A DNA stretch of 64,000 nt from an uncultured delta proteobacterium (GCA_963711835.1 CAVQFQ010000006.1:1-64000); one strand, 5' to 3'; counted from the first letter of the stretch, positions 52,782 to 62,109 are shown. A program made the numbers and translations. Notes: generated from the letters alone by a model not told the origin.

Positions 52782-52958
52782 TCACCGCCCACTCGTCACG
52801 CCCCGGCGTGACTCGCTCAAGGCGCAGAGATCGCTAAGAGCACAATTTTTCATTTGCCTGTGAGAGGCAGGCAAATGAAAAGAGCTCATTTTGCTTTCCG
52901 CCTTCGCAGCGGAAAGCAAAAAATGTTCTTCTTCGCGTCTTTTGCGTCTTTGCGGTGA
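52782..52958. repeat. MITE-like nested palindromic element
   Basis: TCACCGC/GCGGTGA ends; internal inverted repeats at 52847-52881 (14 bp) and 52889-52919 (12 bp); GTCACGCC-GGCGTGAC palindrome. Confidence 0.6.
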
Positions 52959-53019
52959 ATGTAAACATTGATTCGCTCTGATTAGTATTAACCTTAATCA
53001 AAGGCCTTTTCATTTCTCT

Positions 53020-54060
53020 ATGCTGACTCAAAGCACTTTCGATTTTTTTATCCAATGGCACCTGACCGAACGCTGCAACCTCCGCTGCCGGCATTGTTAC
53101 CAGGAGGGTTACGGCGGAGAGGAACTGCCCCTGATCGAAATCGTTCGAACTATTCAGGACCTGGCTGAAATGATTGACGACTGGTCCGATACCTACGAAA
53201 TTGCTTTCCAGCGCAGTTTCAATGTCACCGGCGGCGAACCCCTTTTAAGGGCGGATTTGTTCGAGATCCTGGAGATTATGGGAGACCACGGGTTTGATCT
53301 CTATCTCCTGACCAACGGAATTTTAATCGACTCTTTGAAGGCCGAGCGGTTGGCGGCCCTCCGGATCAAGGGGGTTCAGGTCAGCCTGGAGGGCCCTGAG
53401 GAAATCCATGATAAAATACGGGGGATGGGCAGCTTCCGGTCTTCCATGAAAGGTCTGGGACACCTTGTGGCTGCCGAAGTACCCGTTACCCTAAACCTGA
53501 CCCTCTCCCGGCTTAATGGGGAATTTGTGAGCCAAATGATAGAGGTGGCAAAATCAGCCGGGGCTGGACGGCTTGGATTTTCCAGACTGGTTCCTTCCGG
53601 CAAGGGGTTGGGGCTGTTACCCGAGATGTTAGGTGGGAAAGAAGTAGAAGCGATCTATGCTCAGGTCCTGTCGCAAAAACCGGAAGGGCTTGAGATCGTA
53701 ACCGGAGATCCGCTGGCTTCCCAGATGTCTTTTAGCCCTTTTCAGGAGGATTTGGGAGATATTCCCCTGGGCGGGTGCGCGGCGGGCGTCTCCGGACTCA
53801 CCATTCTTGCCGACGGTACGGTAACGCCCTGTCGCAGGCTGCCTCTCCCGATTGGAAATGTCCGGAAAGATTCATTAAGGGAATTATGGATTGCTTCTCC
53901 GATTCTTGGAAAGCTCCGGGATAAATCCGGTTACCAGGGGAAATGCGGTCGCTGCCCAAGGTGGGCCGGTTGCCGGGGCTGCCGGGCCATTGCCTATGCC
54001 TATTCCCAGGCCCAGGGCCGGCCCGATTTTCTGGCCGAAGACCCGCAGTGCTTTTTATGA
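53020..54060 (+). CDS. Radical SAM/SPASM domain protein (candidate peptide maturase)
   Basis: QWHLTERCNLRCRHCY, TGGEP, LTNG, QVSLEG; SPASM CAAG..DG.V.PC...KCGRC...CRGCRA...DPQC. Confidence 0.92.
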   Translation: MLTQSTFDFFIQWHLTERCNLRCRHCYQEGYGGEELPLIEIVRTIQDLAEMIDDWSDTYEIAFQRSFNVTGGEPLLRADLFEILEIMGDHGFDLYLLTNGILIDSLKAERLAALRIKGVQVSLEGPEEIHDKIRGMGSFRSSMKGLGHLVAAEVPVTLNLTLSRLNGEFVSQMIEVAKSAGAGRLGFSRLVPSGKGLGLLPEMLGGKEVEAIYAQVLSQKPEGLEIVTGDPLASQMSFSPFQEDLGDIPLGGCAAGVSGLTILADGTVTPCRRLPLPIGNVRKDSLRELWIASPILGKLRDKSGYQGKCGRCPRWAGCRGCRAIAYAYSQAQGRPDFLAEDPQCFL

Positions 54061-54139
54061 AGAGGCCTACGGCCCAGGGTTCAAGGTGCAAGGTGAAGGG
54101 CTTCAAAAAAGTCCAGGGTCTAGCAGGAATAGAATTCGG

Positions 54140-54581
54140 CCCCTTGAATCCTTGACCCCTCGGACCCTTTCTTTACCAGAGCCGGATAACTTTCTTTCCT
54201 TCCCTCATCTCTCCCCTGATTTTTTCCATATGCCTCAGGGCAGCCATTTCCCTTTCCAGGTCGGAAGGTTTGATTTGAAGCCTTTCGACGATCAGGGGAA
54301 ATTCAACCCCGCCCGTTTCTTCCAGATATTTCAAAATCTTTTCCTGGATCGGATTGAGGTTGACCCCGACGGTTTGTTGTTGAAAGGACTTGGCACTATG
54401 AACCGCCCAGGGATCGCACCCCTTGGCCGGCGACAGGGTGTCCATATAACAATCTTCGCACAAGGTCCGTCCGGCATGTCCCTTTCTTCACCCGGTGTAA
54501 TTTTATCGCCGCATCTTTGGCAAGTCATCCTTAAAACCTCCTGCTCTCGTTCACATTACCCCTTGAATCCTTGACCCCTCG
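54140..54581. repeat. 23-bp direct repeat CCCCTTGAATCCTTGACCCCTCG at 54140-54162 and 54559-54581
   Basis: Exact copies, each just past a minus-strand stop codon; related octamer-type runs near 63732-63760. Confidence 0.75.
54173..54528 (-). CDS. Small zinc-finger plus HTH hypothetical protein (one frameshift)
   Basis: MTCQRCG...[frameshift ~54480]...LCEDCYMD...CDPWAVHSAK...LEREMAALRHME; SD GGAGG. Confidence 0.7.
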
Positions 54582-54591
54582 AACCCTCTCT

Positions 54592-56412
54592 TTAAAAGGC
54601 ATCCTCCGGGATGTTCAGTGCCGAGGTATCTTCCTGCTGGAAAGAGATATGCCGGGAAAAAACATTGGTTAAAATGTTGCGGCAGAAAAAGCGCACGGTC
54701 TCGATCTTGCCCTGATAAAAGGTTCCGCCGGCTGAAGACGGATCGGTGGTTTTCAGTTTGTCGCGGGCCAGCAGACCTTGTTCGAGCATCAATTGGGCCA
54801 GGACCGCTTCGGACATGCATTCCAGGAAGCGGGTGGCAGCCAGAGGAATAAGGTTCAGACGACCCTCCTGGAAGTATTGCATGAAGCATTTGGCATAATC
54901 GCCCAGGACCTCACCGGCCTTATAAAGCAGGGTGAAGTCCGGGGCGAAGTCGGGATCATTTTGATGGCCTTGGGCGAAGGCCAGAAGCTTGCCCAGCCAG
55001 CCCTGAAAAACCGCACCGCCGGACATCATCAGCTTGCGGCCGATCAAATCCAGGGATTGGATATAGGTAGTGCCTTCATAGATGGAGGCGCTTTTTACAT
55101 CCCGGGCGTACTGCTCAACCGGAAATTCCCGGCAGTAGCCGACGCCGCCCAGAACTTGGATGGCTTCCCGGCAAAGCAGGTAGGCGAAGTCGGAGCAGTA
55201 GGCCTTGACTAAGGGCGTCAGGAGATCTACCCATTGACCGGCTTCCCGGCGGACCGCCTCGTCGGGGTCGCAGCGGGAAACATCGGTGTTGTAATATAGC
55301 TTCATGATAAAGCCCCGCATGGCCTCGGTGCCGGCCTTGAGCATCATGAGCATACGGCGGACATCTTCGTGTTCGACGATCCTGACCCGCGGCCCCGAAC
55401 GGTTGGTGAAAAGCGGTCCCTGAACCCGTTCTTTGGCGTAGAAGCGGGCGGCGTCGTACGCGGCCGTGGCCACACCCTCGGCCAGAAGGCCGGTGCCGAT
55501 CCGGGCTTCGTTCATCATTTGAAACATCTTGGCCATACCGGTCTGGGGGTCTCCCAGGAGGATGCCCCGGCAGCGGCCGTTTTCGCCGAAGCTGAGGCCG
55601 CAGGTGGCGGAGCCGTGCAGGCCCATCTTGTGTTCGATGTTGGTGCAGAAGACGTCGTTGGGTTCTCCTAATGATCCGTCCGGGTTGACCCAGATTTTGG
55701 GTACGATGAAGAGGCTGATGCCTTTGGTTCCCCGAGGGGCGCCCTCGATCCGGCCCAGGACCAGGTGGATGATGTTTTTGGTCAAGTCCTGTTCCCCGCT
55801 GCTGATAAAACGCTTGGTTCCTTCGATCTTGTAAAACCGGGAATCGCCGGACGAGGGGTCCGGCGTGGCCTTAGTCTTGGTGTATCCCACATCACTTCCG
55901 GCATCCGGCTCGGTCAGACACATGGTTCCGCCCCAGATGCCGTTATACATCTTTTCGCAAAAGAGGGCTTTGTCCTTCTCGGTCCCGAAACTCTCGATCA
56001 GGTGGCTGGCCCCAACCGCCAGGCCGGAGTAGATTTTTATGGCCGAGTTGGCGCTGATAAAGTATTCGGCTACCTGGCCGTAGATGGTAAGCGGTAAACC
56101 CTGGCCGCCGTACTCCGCTGAAACGGCCAGGCTGAACCAGCCGTTTTCCGAGAGGATCTTCCAGCAGTCATGGAAAGAAGCCGGGACCTTTACTTTTCCG
56201 TTGTCATAAAGCAGGCCCTGCTGGTCACCGTCCTGCAGGGTCGGGCCGAGGGCTTCTTTGGCCACTTTGTAGCCTTCCTCGAGGATCATTTTGAAATCCT
56301 CCAGGCTGAAGTCCTTAAAGGCCTCGTAGGTAAGCAGTTTTTCCAGGTCCAGGTATTCAAAAAGCACAAATTTAGGATCGCGGTCATCGCGCCTGAAAAA
56401 ATTCAATCCCAT
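54592..56412 (-). CDS. Long-form acyl-CoA dehydrogenase (~600 aa family)
   Basis: GTMCLTEP.AGSD, GTKRFIS, EHKMG, MFQMMNEAR, IYEGT. Confidence 0.93.
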   Translation of the reverse strand: MGLNFFRRDDRDPKFVLFEYLDLEKLLTYEAFKDFSLEDFKMILEEGYKVAKEALGPTLQDGDQQGLLYDNGKVKVPASFHDCWKILSENGWFSLAVSAEYGGQGLPLTIYGQVAEYFISANSAIKIYSGLAVGASHLIESFGTEKDKALFCEKMYNGIWGGTMCLTEPDAGSDVGYTKTKATPDPSSGDSRFYKIEGTKRFISSGEQDLTKNIIHLVLGRIEGAPRGTKGISLFIVPKIWVNPDGSLGEPNDVFCTNIEHKMGLHGSATCGLSFGENGRCRGILLGDPQTGMAKMFQMMNEARIGTGLLAEGVATAAYDAARFYAKERVQGPLFTNRSGPRVRIVEHEDVRRMLMMLKAGTEAMRGFIMKLYYNTDVSRCDPDEAVRREAGQWVDLLTPLVKAYCSDFAYLLCREAIQVLGGVGYCREFPVEQYARDVKSASIYEGTTYIQSLDLIGRKLMMSGGAVFQGWLGKLLAFAQGHQNDPDFAPDFTLLYKAGEVLGDYAKCFMQYFQEGRLNLIPLAATRFLECMSEAVLAQLMLEQGLLARDKLKTTDPSSAGGTFYQGKIETVRFFCRNILTNVFSRHISFQQEDTSALNIPEDAF

Positions 56413-56527
56413 GGTTGTCTCCTCTCTCCAGTGAGTTTATTTCTTTAGGATCTTTAAAAGATTCGGGTTGCAGAGCCCTGAAGTTTTTCGCAGGATAACA
56501 GAAAGTCGGGATCGTTAAAACTACTTT

Positions 56528-57181
56528 TTAGGTTTCTTTTAACTCTCCCTGGGAAATGGTCAGGACGTGATCGGCCAGGCGTTTGGTTTGATCGAAATCA
56601 TGGGTGGCCATGATAATCATGGTTTTGTTTTCTTTTTTCTTAGTGAGGAGGATGTCTTCAATAATCCGGGTGTTTTTTCGATCGATGGAAGCAGTGGGTT
56701 CGTCCAGAAATAGGATTTCCGGATCGACAACCAAGGCCCGGGCAATTCCCAGGCGTTGGGTTTCACCGCTGGATAGAGTCAAGGCATTTTGATTCTTCTT
56801 GTGCCCCAGTCCGACAAACTCGAGAGTCTGGTCCACCTTTCCTTTAATCTCATTTCTTTTCATCCCTCGGATGATTAACCCGTAGGCAATATTTTTGAAG
56901 ACGGTTGCATTAAAGACACCCACCTTAGGTAAAACGAGGGTTATCCGGCGCTTTAAGTGAATATCCTTGGTTACCTTTTCCTGACCTGAAAAAAAGGAAA
57001 CTTCTCCCTGATCCGGTTCCTCAAGGAGGGCGCATATTCTGAGTAGGGTGGACTTGCCGCAGCCGTTGAGCCCGATCAGGGTATAGATGCCATTGGCCCC
57101 AAAGGAATAGGAGCAGCCTCTGAGGACAGGACTTTCCTCGTAGCTTTTCCAGATCTTTGATACATCCAGGTGGAGGCTCAT
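56528..57181 (-). CDS. tupC: Tungstate ABC transporter ATP-binding subunit
   Basis: GLNGCGKST, LSSGETQR, DEPTAS; follows tupB. Confidence 0.8.
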   Translation of the reverse strand: MSLHLDVSKIWKSYEESPVLRGCSYSFGANGIYTLIGLNGCGKSTLLRICALLEEPDQGEVSFFSGQEKVTKDIHLKRRITLVLPKVGVFNATVFKNIAYGLIIRGMKRNEIKGKVDQTLEFVGLGHKKNQNALTLSSGETQRLGIARALVVDPEILFLDEPTASIDRKNTRIIEDILLTKKKENKTMIIMATHDFDQTKRLADHVLTISQGELKET

Positions 57182-57191
57182 CTTAAGACTC

Positions 57192-57899
57192 TCAGATTTT
57201 CTTTTTTTGAAACCAATGGAGTATAAAATTTATCGTCAGGGAGATACTCAGGAGTATAATCCCCAGAGCCAGGGCCAACTCGAAGTTCCCCTTGTCCGTT
57301 TCCAGGGCAATGGTGGTAGTCATGACCCGGGTTAAACCGGCGATATTGCCCCCGACGATCAAAATGGCCCCCACTTCCGCCATGACCCTGCCGAATCCGG
57401 CGATGACCCCCGACATGATGCCATAACGGGCTTCTTTGATAATGGTCCTGGCTACCTGAAAAGGGGTAGCTCCCAGGCTGAGAGAGGCCTGCCGAATAAT
57501 CGGATTCACATTAACCAAGGCTGAATGACATAAGGAGCAGACAATGGGAAAGGCTAAAATGGTTTGGGCAATGATCATGGCCGAAGGGGTGTAGAGCAGC
57601 CCCAGGAAGCCCAGGGGTCCGCTTCGGGAAAGGATCAGATAGACAAAAAGACCGACCACGACAGGCGGCAGGCCCATGAAGGTGTTTAATAAACTGATAA
57701 GGATTCCCCTCCCGGGAAATCGTTTTAATCCCAGAAGGGAAGCCAGGGGAAGGCCCAGGATAGTGGCCAGGACTAAAGCCAGACCTGAGACCTTCAGGGA
57801 TAATAAAATAATTCCCAGCAGTTCCGGGTTAAAATTCAAGATAAGGTGAAAGGCGGATTTAAATCCCGAGATGATGGATTCCAAATTTTCCTGGCCCAA
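57192..57899 (-). CDS. tupB: Tungstate ABC transporter permease
   Basis: NTFMGLPPVVVGL, GFGRVMAEVGA, GGNIAG.TRVMTT. Confidence 0.9.
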   Translation of the reverse strand: MGQENLESIISGFKSAFHLILNFNPELLGIILLSLKVSGLALVLATILGLPLASLLGLKRFPGRGILISLLNTFMGLPPVVVGLFVYLILSRSGPLGFLGLLYTPSAMIIAQTILAFPIVCSLCHSALVNVNPIIRQASLSLGATPFQVARTIIKEARYGIMSGVIAGFGRVMAEVGAILIVGGNIAGLTRVMTTTIALETDKGNFELALALGIILLSISLTINFILHWFQKKKI

Positions 57900-58046
57900 G
57901 AAAGAAATGAGGGATTTATAAGAACCTTCTTTTTATATGCTATTATTGACATATAAATCAAGCCAATTCTTTATTTTGAAATCAATCCATATCAAAAGCC
58001 ATATTTTTATATTGCTAAATAAGTATCCTTATAGTATGCTTTATCT

Positions 58047-58131
58047 ATGGGAAAGGTCCGCTTTGAATGGGACGAGGACAAGGATAGAGAAAAGGATGCT
58101 TTATGAAGACCAAAATAAAATACAGCGATGA
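58047..58131 (+). pseudogene. BrnT toxin remnant with internal deletion
   Basis: MGKVRFEWDEDKDRE start joined directly to ...LYEDQNKIQR* end, overlapping the antitoxin start. Confidence 0.7.
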
Positions 58132-58342
58132 ACCGCTGGGGGAGCTTAAAGTAATCGAAGATTTTCTTCCGCCGCCGGAACAATTAATCCTGAAGGAAGA
58201 CAACATTAAGATTACCATATCCCTGAGCAAATCAAGTATAGATTTTTTCAAAAGCCAGGCACAAAAGCAGCGTACTTCTTATCAGAAAATGATTCGGCGG
58301 GTAATCGATCATTATGCCTCCCGTTATCAAAAAAACGCCTGA
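58103..58342 (+). CDS. BrnA/CopG-like antitoxin
   Basis: YSDEPLG...DFLPPPEQL...KITISL...FFK...YQKMIR. Confidence 0.8.
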   Translation: MKTKIKYSDEPLGELKVIEDFLPPPEQLILKEDNIKITISLSKSSIDFFKSQAQKQRTSYQKMIRRVIDHYASRYQKNA

Positions 58343-58371
58343 CGATTAGACGAAGGGTCTCTCCCCTTGAA

Positions 58372-58464
58372 GGAATTCCCATGGCGGAGATTGCCAGACA
58401 TGTTAGGGTTGGGACGACAGAAGTGGCCAAGGCCATTAAAGGGATGAAAGTGGAAAATAACTAA
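58372..58464 (+). pseudogene. C-terminal HTH fragment of a RAYT-like transposase
   Basis: GIPMAEIARHVRVGTTEVAKAIK...*. Confidence 0.5.
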
Positions 58465-58488
58465 ATGAAATTGACAAGATCCCCAACT

Positions 58489-58866
58489 ATGAAAATCAAG
58501 CCAATAAAATCAGAAGCCGATTACGAGGCTGCACTAAATGAGATTGAACGGCTGTTTGAAGCGAAGCCCGGGACGGCTGAGGCAGATCGTCTTGAGGTTT
58601 TGACGACGCTCGTTGAGGCCTATGAGGAGAACCATTACGCGATTCCCCTCCCAGATCCCATTGAGGCCATTCAGTATCATATGGAAAGTCGTGGTCTCTC
58701 TCGCCGCGATTTGGAACGCTTCATTGGAGGTCGTGCGCGTGTTTCCGAAATCTTGAATCGGAAGCGCCCACTCACTATGGAAATGATTCGAAACCTTCCT
58801 GGTGGTTTGGGTATTTCAGCAGAAGTGTTGATTCAGCCCTATAGGACACTTAAGGACGCGGCCTAA
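58489..58866 (+). CDS. higA: HigA-type antitoxin (HTH)
   Basis: IKPIKSEADYEAAL, LVEAYE, PDPIEAI, RVSEILNRKRPL; no higB upstream. Confidence 0.85.
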   Translation: MKIKPIKSEADYEAALNEIERLFEAKPGTAEADRLEVLTTLVEAYEENHYAIPLPDPIEAIQYHMESRGLSRRDLERFIGGRARVSEILNRKRPLTMEMIRNLPGGLGISAEVLIQPYRTLKDAA

Positions 58867-58881
58867 CCAAGAAATGTATTT

Positions 58882-59091
58882 ATGAAAGTACGTGATATTA
58901 TAAAGATGCTTGAGGAAGATGGGTGGTACCGGGTGAAGGCTAAGGGGGGCCATCGGCAGTACAAGCATCCCACCAGGTATGGGCGGGTGACGATTTCGGG
59001 AAAGCCTGGTGATGATCTGGCACCCGGCACATTGAACAGCATCTTCAAGCAGGCCGGCTTTGTAGCTAAAGATATAAAGGAGGTGCATTGA
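58882..59091 (+). CDS. hicA: HicA toxin
   Basis: LEEDGW...KGGHRQYKHP...VTI...GTLNSI. Confidence 0.9.
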   Translation: MKVRDIIKMLEEDGWYRVKAKGGHRQYKHPTRYGRVTISGKPGDDLAPGTLNSIFKQAGFVAKDIKEVH

Positions 59092-59304
59092 ATGAAACGT
59101 TTTCTTGTGATCATCGAGAAGGCAGCGCGCAACTACTCTGCTTATTCCCCTGACCTTCCCGGGTGCATTGCTACGGGCAGAACGAAAGACCAAGCTGCAA
59201 GGAATATGCACAAAGCAATTGAAATACACTTGGAAGGTCTTAGGGAAGACGGGATTCCAATCCCAAGATCCCATTCTTCAGCAGAGTATGTTGCAGTGAC
59301 TTGA
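59092..59304 (+). CDS. hicB: HicB antitoxin
   Basis: YSAYSPDLPGCIATG.T...AIEIHLEGL..DG.PIP. Confidence 0.9.
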   Translation: MKRFLVIIEKAARNYSAYSPDLPGCIATGRTKDQAARNMHKAIEIHLEGLREDGIPIPRSHSSAEYVAVT

Positions 59305-59434
59305 TCACCATCAGATAAACCGGCGCTTTAGATTGGGGTCGGGTCACAGGAACTATTTAATATGGCAAGGAATATTGCCATTTGCACCTCCTAAATTGGT
59401 CCTATATTGAGTTATTCGAGGTCAAAAAGTCCGT

Positions 59435-59866
59435 ATGAGTTCAAAATCATCCGTTAAATTCGAATTTGGAGAAGGGGCCGTGGTCGATTTCGATGAACTG
59501 ACCAAGGGTTTTTATGAAAAATTAAATGGAATACGATTAACAAAAATGGAAGATGGGTATGTGGAAGCGGAAGTCGAAGTGGTCCCTTCCCTTATGAATC
59601 CCAACAGGACCATGCATGGAGGAGTCGCGGCCACGGTGGCCGATACCATCGCCATATACGGCTGCGCTTACAGCTATAAGGTTTCCTCTTTGTCTACGGT
59701 CAACCTTAATGTTTCTTTTCTTCGTACGGTTAAATCAGGGATCGTGACCGCAAAGGGCCGGATGTTGTCGCGCGGTAAGAATGTTTCCATCTGGAAGGTG
59801 GAGGTATTCGACGATGCCTCCAACATTGTAGCCGAGGCAACCGTTACCTGCGCCATTACAAAATGA
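59435..59866 (+). CDS. PaaI-family hotdog thioesterase
   Basis: NPNRTMHGGVAATVAD, TVNLNVSFLR. Confidence 0.88.
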   Translation: MSSKSSVKFEFGEGAVVDFDELTKGFYEKLNGIRLTKMEDGYVEAEVEVVPSLMNPNRTMHGGVAATVADTIAIYGCAYSYKVSSLSTVNLNVSFLRTVKSGIVTAKGRMLSRGKNVSIWKVEVFDDASNIVAEATVTCAITK

Positions 59867-60947
59867 TTGACTCCATCACGAAGAACTCTCTCGGTTCAGT
59901 CGGAGATTAAAATTGGACCATGATGTACAGAACGGAACAATAAGTAGTTGAGGCAGCAAACCCTTTTATAAGGAGATCGCCTGGCCATTAATAGGGATGT
60001 AAAGCGGAAGATAACTGAATGAACGTGGACACGCTTCAATGCGGGGCAGACAACATGAAATTTCTTTTTATACCGACCTGAAGGAACCACTTGGGTTGTG
60101 GGGTTAGGCAGAAACTTTAGAATAAGTTGTTGGACGGCTCAGATCAAGTGAGGTGGAGACTGGAGCCGAGATGGCGCGATCCCGATCCGTGAGTGCAATA
60201 ACGGTCGCGGTATGTCGATAACGCCCGCAGCGGAATTGCAGCGGGCGGCCACTGGCGCCGACGCGCGGCTGTGGTTCTCAAAGTTTGATGTTGTTCACGT
60301 ATCGGCGGCATGCGTCAAGAAATCCGCGAATACGATCAGAAGGAGCGCCGCCAATTCTGCGCGCTCACTCAATCTGACATCGTCATCGACAACACATGCC
60401 CTGCTGAGTCTTCCTCAGCGTCGGGCTACGTCGGAAGTGCTTCGTCTGTCCTTTCAGCAGGAATATGAACCGCCGAATGGGAAAGGGCGACGTGGCTCGT
60501 ATGTCGGATCTGGACACGCACGGTCGCCGGCAAGCTACGCTTATACGTCCTGCTCAAAGACCTTGCGAGCAAGGCTATTGGGATCACATTCAATTAGTCG
60601 ACTCGGGCAACGACGATGTGGAGTAAAGAGTTCTCGCCGAATCGAGGCTCTCGAAGAGGCTGTCATGGACTCGCTGACGACGGTCGCCGAACGCTAGAGG
60701 GCAGGCACAGGTGGCGGCTGGACTAGGCTTCTCTCGCGCGGCGACGTCCTAGCGCTATCCAAACACTATCGCTTAACACGAACTGACGGCAATCGAGCAA
60801 AGACATCTCGTCAGCAAGCGTAACGTCGTGTGGCCCATCCAGACGACCCACTCGTAGCGCACTATTTGGAAGTCAAGACAACTTTGTCTCAGAAGTTAGA
60901 GTCTGTGCGAACGCCTCATGTCAGCGTTGCCGAGCGATAGCAAGACC

Positions 60948-61010
60948 CTCTAACAACGGAATCGCAGCCGACGGCGAAAAAGCGCGCCGCGGCTGATGCC
61001 AGCGTTATCC
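60948..61010 (+). other. Integron attC site
   Basis: CTCTAAC...CAGCCG...CGGCTG...GTTATCC: YYYAAC/GTT cores with internal dyad. Confidence 0.75.
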
Positions 61011-61271
61011 ATGATGAGAACGAGCTTTGATTGTCAGGCAATGGTTATTGGGGTACAATGAAATTCTGAAGGAGATAAAGTGCTTCGAGTATCCCGATGC
61101 CCACCATGGCTTTACCATAAAATCTTCAAATGCGTGGTCACCAACTGATGCGGCCGACGCGTTCCGCCGGACACTCAGCAATTTACGCCAATATTCTGGT
61201 GAATAGCTCCCAGCAAACGCTTATTTCATTTTTCGAGGCAACTACTCGGCAATGAGGATGAAGCACGATCC

Positions 61272-61327
61272 GCCCAACCCGACAATCCAGCGGACGCCTA
61301 CCAGCGCCGCTGATTGGACCGTTGGAC
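61272..61327 (+). other. Integron attC site
   Basis: GCCCAAC...AATCCAGCGG...CCGCTGATT...GTTGGAC with an extrahelical base. Confidence 0.85.
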
Positions 61328-61335
61328 CAAAAACC

Positions 61336-62109
61336 ATGAAATGCTGGATCTGTGGAAATGAAGGCGACTCCGGTGAGCATCGGATTAAGAAAAGCGACTT
61401 GATTGCCTTTCACGGTAAAGGTCCATATAAGAATGACAAGTCGTTGGTAATGATCAAGGATGGAAAGCAAATTCCCATCCAAGGCCCAAATTCAAAGTAC
61501 CTAAAATATTCCAATAGCCTTTGCAGCGATTGTAACAATACAGCAACCCAAGAATTTGATCGCGCCTATTCCACTTTTGTTAATTATGTCAACACGCATG
61601 AGGAACTGGTTCTGAAGAAAAGATTTATAGATTTTGAGGAAATCTATGGCCCAGATCTGTTCGAAATCGGACAAAGACATCTCTATAAATATTTTATGAA
61701 AAGCTTTGGATGCAGATTGGTAGAAGCAGGGCTGAACGTTCCCAGGCATTTGGTCGATCTTCTCCAAAAGGAAAGATTTCAGACAAAGCTGAGGATAACT
61801 TTCGCAGTAAATGAAGATAAAGTCCTTCTGATGAAAGATAACGTGAGAATTGTAGGAAACGGAGAGCTTTACTACACATATTCGCCTGTTACCCGAGAGC
61901 ACTCCTTCCAGTTTTTTGAGTATTTTGGGTTCATTCATATCTATTACTGGTATTCTTGTTTTCCAGATGGAAGATTGGGGGCGCCATGGAATGCAGACTC
62001 AAAATTCATATATTTGGGTTCACTGTCTCCACTCACGCCCGAAATGAGATCGGAATTGTCCAAAAAAACAAAAAGGTCCAACAAGGGGATTCAGTCGACG
62101 CCGAAATAG
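61336..62109 (+). CDS. Cassette-borne hypothetical protein with HNH-like Zn motifs (257 aa)
   Basis: MKCWICG...GEH...LCSDCNN; ATG 8 nt after the attC; AT-rich codons. Confidence 0.75.
   Translation: MKCWICGNEGDSGEHRIKKSDLIAFHGKGPYKNDKSLVMIKDGKQIPIQGPNSKYLKYSNSLCSDCNNTATQEFDRAYSTFVNYVNTHEELVLKKRFIDFEEIYGPDLFEIGQRHLYKYFMKSFGCRLVEAGLNVPRHLVDLLQKERFQTKLRITFAVNEDKVLLMKDNVRIVGNGELYYTYSPVTREHSFQFFEYFGFIHIYYWYSCFPDGRLGAPWNADSKFIYLGSLSPLTPEMRSELSKKTKRSNKGIQSTPK

Noticed and set aside
60212-60697. 161-aa ORF in the island
   Set aside because: Ser/Arg/Ala-rich with no recognisable motif or SD; more likely decayed cassette sequence with attC-like remnants near 60220 and 60907.
61252-61335. N-terminal 28 aa of the 285-aa ORF
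   Set aside because: Translates through the attC site; the cassette start is ATG 61336.
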